A DNA stretch of 64,000 nucleotides from Stegostoma tigrinum (Eukaryota), in assembly GCF_030684315.1 (NCBI RefSeq), contig NC_081396.1:372001-436000 (forward strand). Direction: 5' to 3'. Positions 49,501 to 63,100 of this stretch are shown in pieces (position 1 is the stretch's first letter; every line of letters starts with the position of its first letter). A model generated the notes under the pieces. The model was not told where the DNA came from, searched no databases, and saw only the letters and a program-made list of their open reading frames with translations. A program made the translations under genes and the position numbers.

Positions 49501-52365
49501 TGAAGGCACTAGAAATTGCAAAGGCTAAGGGTTTTGACATATAGTCACCGCTGATCTCACCTGGACCTCAACTCCATCTTCCTATCCACTCTCAAGAACC
49601 CTTTAACACATTACTTATTAAATATCTGCTTGTGTCCTTCAATATAGGCAGTGTCCCAGCATCCACTGCTCACAGGGGTCGTGAATTCCACAGATTCATC
49701 ACCTTTTGAGAGAAGCTATTCCTCCTCATTCCCATTTTAACTCATTGAATGGAATTATGCAGTTCAGAAGAGGCCCTCCCTTTGCCCATCGAGTCTGCAC
49801 TGTCAAAACTGCGATAAATCTGTACGAGTCCCAATTTCCAGCACTAGGCCCACAGTTTTGGACATCATGACATTTCAAGTGCTCATCCAAGTCATCTTTA
49901 AAGGTTATGACATTACGCAGCACTACCACCCACCCTGGCAGTTCATTCCGGATGCCCACAAGTCTCTGGATGTAAAACATTTTTCTCAAATATCCTCTAA
50001 ACCTCATGCCTTCCAGCAGAAGACTGTGACCCCAGGTTAGTGACCTTTGAACACCTGGTTTCTATTCACCCTGCCCATTCCCCCATAATATTCTCCACCG
50101 CCAACAGTTGCCCTCCTCATATCTGCTCTGATCCAAAGAAAACAACCCAAGCTTATCTAAAATCTTTTCCGAGATCCATCCCAGGCAAAATCCGGGTGAA
50201 TCTCCAGTGCAATCACATCCTTTTCATAGCATGGTGACCAGAACTGCTCATAGTACTCCAGCTGTGACCGAACCAAAGTTTCGTGCAGTTCCAAAGTAAC
50301 CTTCCGACTCTGAAATCTACACCTTGACTGATAAAAGCAATATCTTGTCTGCTTTCTTAACAAAAGAAATCCCTGCCACTTTCAGAAATTCATGGACAAG
50401 CACCCCAAGATCCCTTTCTTTCTCTGAGCTTCCTAATGTCCTGCCTTCCTTTGAGTACTTCCTTGTCTTGTAACTTCTTACGATGTGCATCACCTCAGTT
50501 TCATCAGAGTTAAATTCCATCTGTCACTGATCTGTCCATCTGACAATCCATTTGTAGACTTTGCGTCTCAATCTCTCCCTTCACCTGAGCCAGAGTGACT
50601 TCAGGCTAAAGCACCATCAATCAACTCTTTCTCATGAGAGAGCAGCCTTATGGTCTGAGAACACTGTGGCAACTTTCCCTTATATCCTCTGATAACCTAA
50701 GACCTTCATTTTCACCACATTCTCATCTATGTTGTTTATAACTATATATCTATGTAGATAGAGATCACATAAACAAAAAAAGACCCAACAATAATGCCTG
50801 TGATATGCCAATAGATACAGTCTCCAATCATACAAACATTTACAATCTCTTGTCCTGAAACCATGACATTTTGTTTATATTGCCCCAGAACGGAAAATAC
50901 CCTGTCAAAGTCTATTTTGTCAATACTCTCCGACATCTTATATACGTCAAATAGATCTCCTCTCATTCTTCTAAACTCGGGAGAGTGTAGACCTAACTGC
51001 TCAATCTCGCTCCGTAATGGGACCAACTTGAATCCTTCGCACATCCCTCCAACTGATGTTTTCCCTTCATTGGCACCTCTGGAAGACAAATTATATCATC
51101 ACCCTGCATCAGTGACTGACTTGCTCTAGTCTCTCTCAGTATCTTTATTCATTTACATCATTAATTTAAAGAATGAAGAAACACTACTTCTTTTGTAAAT
51201 AACACACAGAATATCTGAAAGTCTGATTTAATTGATTAGTAATCAAGGAATAATTATTTTGACAATCCAGAACCATCTCCCTTCCTTTGAAATGCCCTGA
51301 GGGAACATACTTCACCTGTATCAGTGCCACAGTTTTACAACCCTTTCATTCCTGATTCCAAGATTGCCTGTCAGCTGCACAGTTAAGGGGGTAAATAATG
51401 GAGATTCAGCATCTCCGACAGCAGCAGATTCTCGTCAAGACCACAATACCATAAGACATAGGAGCAGAAATTAGGCCATTCAGCCCATCGAGCCTGCTCC
51501 ACCATTCAATATTGGCTGATAAGTTCCTCAACTTCATTCTCCTGCATTCTCCCCGTAACCCTTGATCCCCTTGATAATCAAGAATCCATCTATCTCAGTC
51601 TTAAGTGTACTCAATATCCTGCCCTCCACAGCTTTCTGTGGCAATGAATTCCATTGATTCACCACTCTCTGGTGAAGAAGTTTCTCCTTATCTCCATTCT
51701 AAAAAGGTCTTTCCTTTACTCTAAGGCTGTGCCCTCAGGTCCTAGAATCTCCTGTCAATGGAAGCATCTTCCCAACATCCACTCTGTCCAGGCCATTCAT
51801 TATTTTGCAAGTTTCAATTGGATCCCCCTCGTCCTTCTAACCTCCGATGAGTATAGTCCCAGAGTCCTCAAAAGTTCCTCACATGTGAAGCTTTCCATTC
51901 CTGGGACCATTCTCATGAACCTCCTCTGAACCCGCTCCAGGGCCTATACATCCTTCCTGAGATATGGGGCCCAAAACTGCACACAATACTTCAAATGTGG
52001 CCTGACCAGATCCTTATAATCGCCTCAGTAGTACATCCCTGGCTTTATATTCATGCCCTCTCAAAATAAATGCCAACACTGCATTTACCTCCTGACTACT
52101 GACTCAACCTGCAAGTTTACCTTGAGAGAATCCTGAACTAGAACATCCAAGTCTCTTTGAACTTCAGACTTCTGAATTTTCTCCCCATTTACAAAATAGG
52201 CCATGCTTTTGTTCTTCTTACCAAAGTTCATAACCTCCCACTATCTCATGTTGTACTCCATCTGCCACTTCTTTGCCCACTCCCCAAACCTATATATAAG
52301 TCCTTCTGCAGCCTTGCCACCTCCTCAATGCTACCTGTCCCTCCACCTGTCTTTGTATCATCTGT
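49500..52365 (-). mobile_element. Cluster of CR1 LINE 3' fragments
   Basis: Multiple ORFs with LVRSQLEYYEQFWSP, EFRRMRGDLFDVYKM and similar motifs. Confidence 0.8.
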
Positions 52366-52479
52366 TGCTTGATTCAAACCTTGGACTCTCTCTCCATTAG
52401 CATGTACATCACATGGACTGCAGAGCTTTGAGAACCCATCTCACCGGCAATTTCTCAGGGGTCAGTTAGTTAGTCAAAG

Positions 52480-52771
52480 AATCTTTGCAGTGTGGAAACA
52501 GGCCCTTCGGTCCAACAAGTCCACACCAACCCTCAGAACATCCCACCCAGACCAATCCCCTATTACCCACCTGCTCTACACATCCCTCAACACTACATGC
52601 AATTTAGCATTGCCAATCCACCCAGCCTGCATATCTTTGGACTAGGGAGGAAACCGGAGCACCCGGAGGAGATGTGCAATCTCCACACAGACAGTCGCCC
52701 AAGGGTGGAATCAAACCTGGGTCCCTGATGCTGTGAAGCAGCAGTGCTAACCACTGAGCCACCGTGTCACC
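52480..52771 (-). mobile_element. HE1-type V-SINE (partially deleted)
   Basis: Reverse complement of a tRNA head (gtggctcagtggttagcactgct), V domain and CR1-derived tail. Confidence 0.9.
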
Positions 52772-53479
52772 GAAATGAGCGATAATTGCTGATCTTACCA
52801 AAGTGCTCATGTTTCACAAAGCAACAAAACCAACAAAATCTCTCTGCACCAGAGAGGGTGCAAGAAAGAGGAAAACAGGATTTAAAGAGCAGGATAACGT
52901 CATTCAGCCATTCAAAATTCAACCCTAGCTCCAAATCACCCAGACCTACAGTAATTACTTCCAATTTTAACCTTCTTCATTCTCGAGATATGGGTGCCAG
53001 ATGGTTTGATCCAAGCAGAGCAGATCGGTCAAAGGGCAATTAGGAGTTAAACACTTGGATTTGGATCTGAAGTCACATGAAGGCAAACCAGGATGGGACA
53101 GCAGATACCTTCTTGAAAGAACATAAGTGAAAGAAAGTTTTGAGAACAGATAGTTCCATCATCATTATTAACGAAATCAGATGTAAATTTAGTTTTACTA
53201 ATATGACTTAGTGGTAGAGAACAGTCAGAGTACAGGAGACTATTCAGCCCCACATGTCTATGCCGTCCCACTAAAGGAGCAAATCGGCCTTTCTTCACCC
53301 CCTGCCCTTTCCCTGTCATTCTGCAACTTTTTTTTCCACATTTACTGACCTGATTCCCCTCTGAATGCATCAACTGAATCTGCCTGCACCAGAGTTTCAG
53401 GGAGTGTGTTCCAGATCCGAACCAGTCGCTGGGTTCAAACACACCCCTCGAGTCACCGTTAGTTCTTTGGTAATTGCCT

Positions 53480-54260
53480 TAAATCCGTGGCCTCTAGATT
53501 GCCCAGGGGTGACTCCGCGGTGAGCCCTTACAATTCCGCATGGGGACTGGAGTCACATATGGGGCAGGCCTGGGAGAGGAGGGCCCGGTTCTGTCCTGAC
53601 ACGACAGCCGTGGATTTTACTGACGCCAGGCTTTGTTTCTAAAAAAACTGTGGGTGCTTCTTCTTTCTCCTCCCACAAACGAATAGAGGGTTTTAAACTG
53701 AACTCAACTGAGCCAGACAGGGTGAAAGTGTCTGGGGGTCGTTGAGTTGACTGCATGAGTGAAACGTTTACATTTTGCTTCCTCTGGTTCTCCCACATTC
53801 TTGCTCTTTTTCCCTCTTTTCTTTGATCCCGACCGTCTCAATGCTCCTCCTCCTCAGGGCGGGGCGGATTTAAATACCCGGCTCCACCCCACCTGCTCCT
53901 CCGAGCTCCGCCAATCACGGCTTTTCCCGCTCTCTCTGCCTCCTCGCGCTCCGGCCGTTGGCGGTTTGAAAAGGCTGAGGTCGCGCGGGCGGCGGGTGAC
54001 GCTCCTTCAGTCTCCTGCAGTCAGTCTGTGGAGGGCGGCCTCAGGGGGAGGATACTCACCCAGATCGCACAGGGACATACGGGGGCGAAAGAGAGGAATG
54101 AATAAGGGAAGGGGGCAGACTGAGCGGACATTTGGAGGGATTTCCAACCTCACTCCCACTCAAAGATAACAGTAAAAATCCCGAAGAAGCTGAGGGAAAG
54201 ACCAGGAGAATACATTTGGGGCTCCGTCCGCGGGGCATCTGGCTGAGGACATTGCGCCGC
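53480..54260. promoter_or_regulatory. CpG-island promoter
   Basis: CpG-dense. GC boxes 53857-67, CCAATCA 53911-17, E2F TTTCCCGC 53923-30, CHR TTTGAA 53965-70, minus-strand TATTTAAA 53876-69. Confidence 0.7.
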
Positions 54261-54755
54261 TTGGCATCTCTTCCTAATTTCTATCAGGAACCTGGGATTG
54301 GTATCCAGTTTAACATTGATCCCACTGGATTGTCCAACACACATCAATGCAGCAGGTGAAGTTAGTGGCTGTTGTGAGAATCTGGAGTTTTTGAAGTTCG
54401 TAATTTATTTGTATCGTTTCAGATCTTGGTCTCCAAAGTGGACAAATAATGAATAGTTGAACATTTGTTCTGTGTTTCTATGTTGTGTGTGTCCACATGG
54501 TTATAGGTTCATTCTCTACTTGTTCTGTGCATACTGCAGCATTGTCTAGAGTTTATTTACAAGTGTTTAATGGGACAGCCAAACTCTTGAGGTGAACAGT
54601 TGAATGCATTAGGAAACAAATGAGAAAAAAAATCACATTGGACTTGAAATATTAACTTTGTTTATGTTTCCCCAGATGCTGCTAGACCTGCTGAGCTTCT
54701 TCGGTATTTTCTATTTGTGATCCAGGGCGTTAGCCTGGGATTCTCAAATACGAAT

Positions 54756-55067
54756 GGGCGGCAGGGTGGCTCAGTGGTTGGCACTGCAGCCTCACAGCGC
54801 CAGGGACCCGGGTTCGATTCCACCCTCGGGCAACTGTCTGTGCGGAGTTTGCACATTCTCCCCATGTCTGCGTGGGTTTCCTCTGGGCGCTCCAGTTTCC
54901 TCCCACAGTCCAAGGATGTGCAGGCGAGGTGGATTGGCCATGCTAAATTGCCCGTAGTGTTCAGGGGTATGTGGGTTATAGGGGGATGGGTTTGGGTGGG
55001 ATGCTGCAAAGGGCGGTGTGGACTTGTTGGGCTGAAGGGCCTGTTTCCACACTGTAGGGAATCTAAT
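54756..55067 (+). mobile_element. HE1-type V-SINE
   Basis: A box tggctcagtgg, B box ggttcgattcc, V-domain core gtgggtttcctc...tttcctcccacagtccaa, CR1-like tail. Confidence 0.93.
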
Positions 55068-58014
55068 CCAGTGACACTACCATGGCATCGCAGCCTCCTT
55101 TTGCTTTATTGCTGACCAGCAAGTCTCCAAATTTATTTGTGCAACACCAACTTTGTGTTCGTAATTTTGTAATCGTTTATAATAGACCTGAAACCCCTGA
55201 TCTCTCACAGTCGTTCAGTTGTAGGGAAGGTGTACGATGGATCCTGTAGCACTCATTCTCATGGTATCCTTGACTTGTTGGCTGCTGCTCCAAATCCGAA
55301 ACAGGTCATTGACCTCAGTGCTGTTTCCAATCACCTCAATGTTCCTGGTGAAGAATCTGACTGCATTGACATTAGCGATATGGGGTTTGAAAGATGAATG
55401 GTCACAATGCGGTTTTGGTGCAATGGCAGTGAATGCAGTGGTTCACAATGAAGATCGACAGCTTTGTCCCATTACCCCTACCCTTGAAGACTTTCAGAAG
55501 TGGCACATATTGCTGCCAGTTTGTGTCAATGTTTAAGGAACTGGATGGGATGTCAATTACATGTGTTGTAAAGATTGTGTCAAGTGCCTTGAGTATTGAT
55601 GCAACTGTGATCAGGATGTAAGTGAAAGTGCAGAAAATAGTCAAGAAGCACAATGGAATGCTGGCCTTCATGTCAAATGGGCTGGAGTGCAGCGAAGCAG
55701 ACACAATGCTAATGTTACACAGAACCCTAATTAGACTCCCCTTAGAGTACAATGAGCAGATCTGGACACCTTGCTTGACGAAGGATGTTTGGCCCTGGAG
55801 GGAGTTCAGTACATGTTTACAAGATGATAATGGGTCTTCAGGGGTTAAGTTATGAGAAAAGATTAGATAAATTATTTTTCCTTCTTCATTCTTTAGAATT
55901 TAGAAGGTTGGGGGATGATCTGATCGAGGTCCTCGGGATAGTAACACTATAGCTTCAAACCAATTGCAACAAAAACACAGTTCTAAATCATGAAACCCAT
56001 TCAGGCTACGGGATATCATGAAACTCTTTGGCAGAAATACCTTTAAATAGTGGTCCTTGCCTATTGCACCTTGGCTCTAGTGCATCCCTCAGGATATAGT
56101 CCTGGACTTACAATGTGCCAGTCTGCAACATTCAGTTGATGTCAGCTGTTTGCACTGGAAGGAATGTTTAGGAAGACTAAAGAGCATCTTTGATGGTCCT
56201 CCAGGCACAATTGATATTCTTCTTGGTGTGCATCCCAGTGAAGAGCCTGTAGAGCACAGAACCCAGCATCATGGAGCTGCTTGGAACAACCATCAACAAA
56301 AACCATTGAATCAATCTCAAATCTTAATGCTGTGGAAACAGGGGCTCAAATCTCACAATGCCTGCTGCTTGAGTTTAAATTCAATTGTAAAAACCTGAAA
56401 TTGAAAGGTTGTCTCAGTCTTGATGACAGTGAAACATTTGTTGATTATTGTGAAAGGACATTTGTTTCACTTATGTTATTTAGAGAAAGAAATCTCTCCA
56501 GACCCAGTAACGCTTTTTGTTCTGCTGAACCGTTACCAGATGCAAAACATTAACACTGCTTTCTCCCCACAGGTGCTGCCAAACCTACTGAGTTTCACCA
56601 GTAATTTCTATTTCTGTTTCAGCAAAGCTTTTGACCCTTAAATGACATCGGAAATAGTTGAATAAGTCACTGAATTCAAGGAAAATTAAGCATGGCGCAA
56701 CATATGCTGTCCTTGCCAGTGATGCCCACATTTCAGGAAGGAATAAACAAAAAATAATGTCTTGTTTCTTTCCCCACCTGTGCTCGAGTCCCAGCCTTCA
56801 GGATAGGAAGATTCATTGAGCTTGCTCCTGTTAGTTATTTAATTGTTCACCATCATTCAAGACATGATGTGGCAGGATTGTAGACTTGATCTGATCCATT
56901 CGTTATGATACTACTAAGAATGTCCATTGATTACTGCTTATGCAGTTTATCATGTCCTTGGAGGGCAGTGAATCTATGGAATTTTTGACCACATTGGGCT
57001 TTTCAGACTCCTTCATTATGGGTATCCAAGACTGAGATGGACAGATAGAAATCAAGGGTAATAGGAAAAGGCAGGAAGGTAGAGTTGAGGATTGTCAGAT
57101 CAACTATGATCTCACTGAGCGGTGGACCTGATGCAGTGGGCTGAATGGCCTCCTACTCCAAAATCTTCGGCTCTTATTTCAGCCTGCCATGTCGCTGAGT
57201 ATGAGTGTTCCAGAAAATCTCCAACAGAGGGAGATGGATGAATTTTGAATTCAGTGATTCAGACAGACTCCAACAGGACAGAAATGAAGGCATGACTGAG
57301 AAGTGTCAGTGATACAGAGAATCTCCAACATAGGGAGATAGATGAATGTTTGGGGTTGATGATTCACAAGGTCTCAAAGAAAAGGACAGTGAATGATACC
57401 AAGAGGTGAAGTGCAAGTTTGAGCAGGGTGCTTCACCAACTCAGATCGTTGTCAAGAGCACACCTATTTGCAGTGGTTGGAGGGAGATGAGAGAAGACCT
57501 GAGGGAAATTGCGTTTTTAAAGACTTGTGTTGTTTAAATTTTGACTGCACTGCCTGAGAATGTGGTGGTGATATATTCAATTGTGGCTTTCAGTAAGGAA
57601 TAGGATAATTATTTGAAGAGAAATGATTTGAAGGCATGGATTGCCTTTGATAGAGTCATGCTGACTTTGACATATTTACCTTGCACCCCCAAGTAATTCC
57701 CAATGTTGTTCTTAATAATGAATTCTAAGATCTTAACAATGACAAATTCAGTCTAAATGGCTTATAATTTTCTGTCCACTGCTTCCCTCGTTTCCTGAGT
57801 AGGAGTGTTACACTAGCCATTTTCCAGTCCTCTAGAATCCTTCCTGACTTCACTGATTCCTGAAAGATCAACAACAATGCTTCCCTAATTTCCTCAGCTA
57901 TCTCCTTCAGAACCCTAGAGTTGAGTCCACCCTGTCCATGTTAATCTCAGGATATTGATATTGAAGAACTACAATGATTGTAATGCCACAAACCGTCAAC
58001 GAGCTGAGGTTAAT

Positions 58015-58990
58015 AAAAACCAAAAGAACTGCAACTGCTGTAAACCAGGAACAAAAACAAAGTTGCTGGAAAAGCTCAGCAGGTCTGGCAGCATCTGTGG
58101 AGGAGAAACCAGAGTTAACATTTCGGGTCCGGTGACCCTTCCTCAGAACTGATGGTGGTTGGGAAAACATCAGTTTATATGCAGAAAATAGGTAGGTGGT
58201 TGGGGTAGGGAGTAAATGATAGGATAGAGCCCAAAGAGACAGAAAGACAGTTGGACAGACAAAGGAGGTACTAACAATCAGGCTGGGAGGGTGAATACTT
58301 GTTAATGGGGACTGTTAGTGACTAACAACAGTGGGTGTGCAGTGGCAGGCTATGTGGTAACAAGGACTGGTACCTTGTCCGCCTTCTGCAGGGACCGTTC
58401 CCTCCAGGATACCCTGGTTCGTACTTCCTTCACCCCCAACACCTCCCCACAGCCCTACGGCACCTTGCCCTGTAATCGGCGAAGGCGCAACACCTGCGCA
58501 TTTACCTCCTCCCTCCCCAGTATCGAAGGGCCCAAACATACCTTACAGGAGAAACAGCACTTCACCTGCACTTCCAAGAATCTAGTCTACTGCATTCGCT
58601 GCTCACAATGTTGTCTCCTCTACATTGGGGAAACAAAGCATAGACTTGGCGACCACTTTGCAGAACATCTACGCTCTGCTTGCAAAAAGACCATGATCTA
58701 CATGTTGCCTGCCACTTTGATGCACCTCCTTGCTCCCTGGCCAACATCTCTGTCTCCAGCTTGCTACAGTGTTTCAGTGAAGCCCAGTGCAAGCTGGAGG
58801 AACAACACCTCATTTTCCGCTTCAGGACCTACAGACCACTGGACTCAATATTGATTTCAACAATTTTAGGGCCTAAACTCTCCCATGTCCCAGCCCCCCC
58901 ACCCCACACACCAGACCTTATTATCGCATAGCCTGCCACTGCACACCCTCTGTTGTTCGTCACTAACATTAACTCTGTTTTCTCCTCCAC
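58015..58990 (+). mobile_element. Penelope element: inverted pseudo-LTR (58015-~58370) plus GIY-YIG fragment and partial direct pseudo-LTR
   Basis: HFTCTSKNLVYCIRCSQCCLLYIGETKHRLGDHFAEHLRS. Imperfect TSD agc(t/g)gaggttaat at 58002-14 and 58991-59003. Confidence 0.9.
58112..58150 (-). ncRNA. Minimal hammerhead ribozyme in a Penelope pseudo-LTR
   Basis: AGTT-CTGAGGA-A-GGGTC(ACCG)GACCC-GAAAT-GTT-AACT; stem I pairs AGUU/AACU and stem II is perfect. Confidence 0.7.
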
Positions 58991-60149
58991 AGCGGAGGTT
59001 AATTTCTCTTTTAATGAAGATGGATAATGCTTGACACTGTGTTGTGTAAATATTCCTGAGAACTTATGTACTGAAGCCTGGATTTTGTCCAGTTCTTCCT
59101 GCAAATGAGCACCGGCTACTTCAGTATGTCAGATGCTATGAATGCTGCTGAACATCGTGCAACCATTCGGGGATATTCCTCCCTCTGGCCTTCTGATGGA
59201 GGAAAATTCCTCAACGAAGCAGTTGAAGATTGCAGGCTTAGGACAGTAGGGACTCCTGGGCCAAGAGATCCGACTTCAAGTTCCAACCCTACTCCAGAGT
59301 TCTGTAATAACATCTCCAAACATAATGAATTATCTACTCTGAGAAGTTAGAACATAGAACATAGAAAAGTACAGCACAGTACAGGCCCTTTAGCCCATGA
59401 TGTTGTGCCCTGGATTAATCCTAATCCAAAAATAAATCACCTAACCTACATTCCCCTCAATTCACTGCTGTCCATGTGCATGTCCAGCAGTCGCTTAAAT
59501 CATTTCAAAATCCTACAATCATTTCCTCAGAATGTGGAGACTCAACTCCAACAATCACATCCAGCTTCCTTTGTGCTAGTGATGCCTTCAACCAGTGGGA
59601 GAGAATGCTTTCCTTGATTCCTTTGACTACAGGTTTGCAAGTACTCTGCGATATCACGTTTCATAAAATGCAGTGTTGATGTCAATGGAAGCCCCTTCAG
59701 TTTCACCTTTCGTTTCAAACTCTTTTGTGCACATGAGAACCGAGGCTACAATGAGTTTGGAGCTGATTGGGTCAGAGGAAGACAAGCTGAGCAGGGGTGG
59801 GAATGTTATTGTTGAGTAAATTTCACTTGGTTGTACTGTTGACCATATGTTCTGTCACTTGCTGATGATTGAGAGTATATTGATGGGGCATTGCTTGTGC
59901 ACGAGGGATTTGTTCTGGTTTTTGTGATCAGGATATACCCATGCAATTTTTATTTTTATTTCAAAAATATACTTGATTCACAAAATATACATTTGAATAT
60001 ATACATAATAACAAATGAACCTCGACATAAACTATTGCATCTTCTTCTGACCTCTGTTGCAAAGGCCCTTTCCAGCAGGAGGTGTAAGACTGCCTCAACC
60101 ACACTTTCACCCTAATGTATAAGCAGAAGGAGGAGAAGGAAGAAATCAG

Positions 60150-63100
60150 AAATTGGTGACAAGTCTCATTTCTAATTGCAGACTATAAAATCCTCTTGGT
60201 GACTACATTGACACACGTATGGGGGAATGGGCCAGGCTTGCAACATGTAGAACAATGGAGAGAGTGCCTCATATCTCATGATCAGGCTTTTACCTGTAAT
60301 GGAGAGGAGGCAGTCCTCCCAAAAGACCAGTTTCTGCTTCACCTTCTGCACCATCACAGATATTGCACACACCCTTGCTTTTCCAAACCATATTCCTTTC
60401 AACTTTAGGCAATCTGTCATGATGGTGATGGGGATATAGGATCGGTTGGCCCTGTTCCAAAAGAACATGGCCTCACTGTTACCTCGATTTGCCTCCATGC
60501 TAAGGGAGGCTTTGACCCGCAGGCGTCTGCTGCCTGAAACAGTCACCCTCTCAGTCTTGCATTGTCCCTGATGGACTGAGCAAGTGGCTCTAAAATACAC
60601 AAACAAGGCAGGAGAGTGTAGGCAGCCCTGCCTGACTCCGGATCTGATCTTATTCACACCCATTGAATGAGACTGCACCAACAAGGTGTGGAGCAGCCAG
60701 ACCCAGTTGCAGATTCCCTCCCCAAAGCCCATTTTGGACAGCACAACCCACATGTACTTGTGTGATTTCCTGTCAAATGCTTTGTTCTCATCCAGGCTGA
60801 TGAGGCAGGCATCTGCCCTGTCTCATGCTCGTAGGCAATGGCACCCCTGAAGAGTGCGAGGCTCTCAGAGGTACGTAATAACATCCCCTGTCCTGCTGGT
60901 ACTGTTAAGTTCGTTTTCAGATACCCTCACGGACATGATGCAACAACAAGATACTGACCTGTTCAGAAAAACACAAATTCTTTTATTACAGAGCAAGTAC
61001 AAGCTGTGAAGAATCACTGTACTTCACCCGGCACAGAGTGCAGAGTCTCGTAAGTAATTCTCCCTGAGCAGCGGACAGTCCGCACTTTTTATACTTTACT
61101 AAGTACATAATACATAAAACAATTTCACATCTCACAATGACATGATACATGAAACAATTATTACAACAGACGAAGACAGGATACAAAACAATTATTACAT
61201 CAAGAACATAAAAGACTAGGATATAGTATCGATCGTTCGTGAAGTGGCTGCTCATGGCAGGAGGCGATTTCAAGTTGTTAACAAGACAGATTGTAATTTC
61301 AAGTTGCCGATGTGTCTGGCTTGAACAAAGTCAGTGCCTTGGCCCCTTTGTCAGCGACAGAAGTTACATACTTCAGAAGTCTCACACCTTTAAAAATGTT
61401 CCTCACTTAACCTTATTTGAGACAGTTTAACTCTAATTTTATTCAGCCAGGAAGCTTAAGGCAGTGTCTGCACACCAATGTGTAGGAAGATAAGGAGTTA
61501 CAAACTCTTACACCGAATTCCTAGCTGGGCAGTGCCTGCATACCTATGTGTAGGCAGATAAAGGACATTAATTTATAGAAGTAAAGAAATCAATAGGATG
61601 CTATCCCAATAACATCTCAGTACAACATCGGTTCAGTCAGGGTGAATCACCAATCCCAGAGTAGACTTGATACGCATGGCGATGACTTTAGATAGGACTT
61701 TATTGTCTGCATTCAAGCACGCGTCTGGTGGCCGATTTTAATTTCCTTCTTCTCGCTCTTCTGCTGACAGATGAGGTTGATGGTAACTTTTGTCTTGGAC
61801 TCACACATGCTATCCCCCAGAAGCATACTGTCGCACACCTTCATCAGGCCCTGGTCAATTAGGTCCCACAGAGCCAAATACAACTTGGCTGTTAAGCTGT
61901 CATTTACAAAGGACTCTAGGGCAGCGGTCATGTCATCCAGAGAAAACAGCTGTGTGCTGTTATCTAAGTCCTCCATGATACAGGACAGGAATGATTGAGA
62001 AGTTGCACAGTCAGTGGGCTTCATACCATACAATCTGCCACAAAAGGATTTGCTGATCCTTAGTATGTCAGACAGAGATGATGGCACTGAGCCATCTTCC
62101 TTCAGGCTGCTGAAGACAGAGCTCTTCCTGTGCACCTTCTGGAAGAAGAAAGGCGAGCACGTCTCATCCTGCTCCATTTGGCAGACCCTGGAAAACTATG
62201 AAACCCTTCTTATAATCTCCAGTGGTCTGATGGGAACCAGTCATGGGAACATCAAGAGGTTCTTTATACTTAAAGGTGTTCAGAAGGTGAGAGCTAGGTT
62301 AAAAAAAAGTCCAAACTTGAGAAAGCCATGCAGAAGCCCTGGAGCAGAAGATTATCTTGGAGGCCTCCGAGCCAAAGCACAAGGCTTACAGTCTCTTCAG
62401 TTCGTGGAGATCCTCTGTGACATCAGCCCCCATCGTCTGCAGCTGGAGTAGATTCTGCATGGCTTTCTGAAGTTCCCATGACCGGTTCCCATCGGCCCAC
62501 TGGAGCCGATAAGAGGGACATCACAGTTTTCCAACCTTTAAAATCGCTCTTGAGCTCCTCAACGTTTTCTCGGGTCAATAATTTCACGTTCAGCTTCCAC
62601 ATCTCCTTGTGAGACAGCTGGTTGTCCTGTCGGCAACAGTCATCCAGCAGGAGGCAGTGGTCGGAGAAGCACAGCGGCTTGACATTTGTAGATCTGATCG
62701 AGAACATTCAGGGCAGAAATAGGAAATCTATCCTTGAGCGGTTAGAACCATCCTGCTGCAAACAGGTGTATCTACACTGCGCTCTCTCTGCGTGGGTACT
62801 GAAGTCATTGTGCAGCTTGTTTTCATCAAGATTCGAGATGTGGAGTCCAGTTTGCTGTGAGCTCCTCCAGATTGTCCATCTGCATCGATGATGTAGTTGA
62901 AGTCACCGGTCTGAATGATCTGCCTAAATGTTGCCAGCAGCAGTGGGAGGAGCAAGAGGACAGCCAGCCGTTCAGTCTTTAGCATTGAGGCCTACATGTT
63001 AATTAGCCTCAGGGGAGGATTTCTGGACATGACGTCTGCTGTTAGGAGGCGCCTGCCCACCACCTCCTTATCTTTGGAGATGGTGAAGTTGCTTCCTCAC

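Noticed and set aside
54756-54830. tRNA gene
   Set aside because: The A/B boxes belong to the tRNA-derived head of an HE1 SINE, which continues into its V domain and LINE tail.
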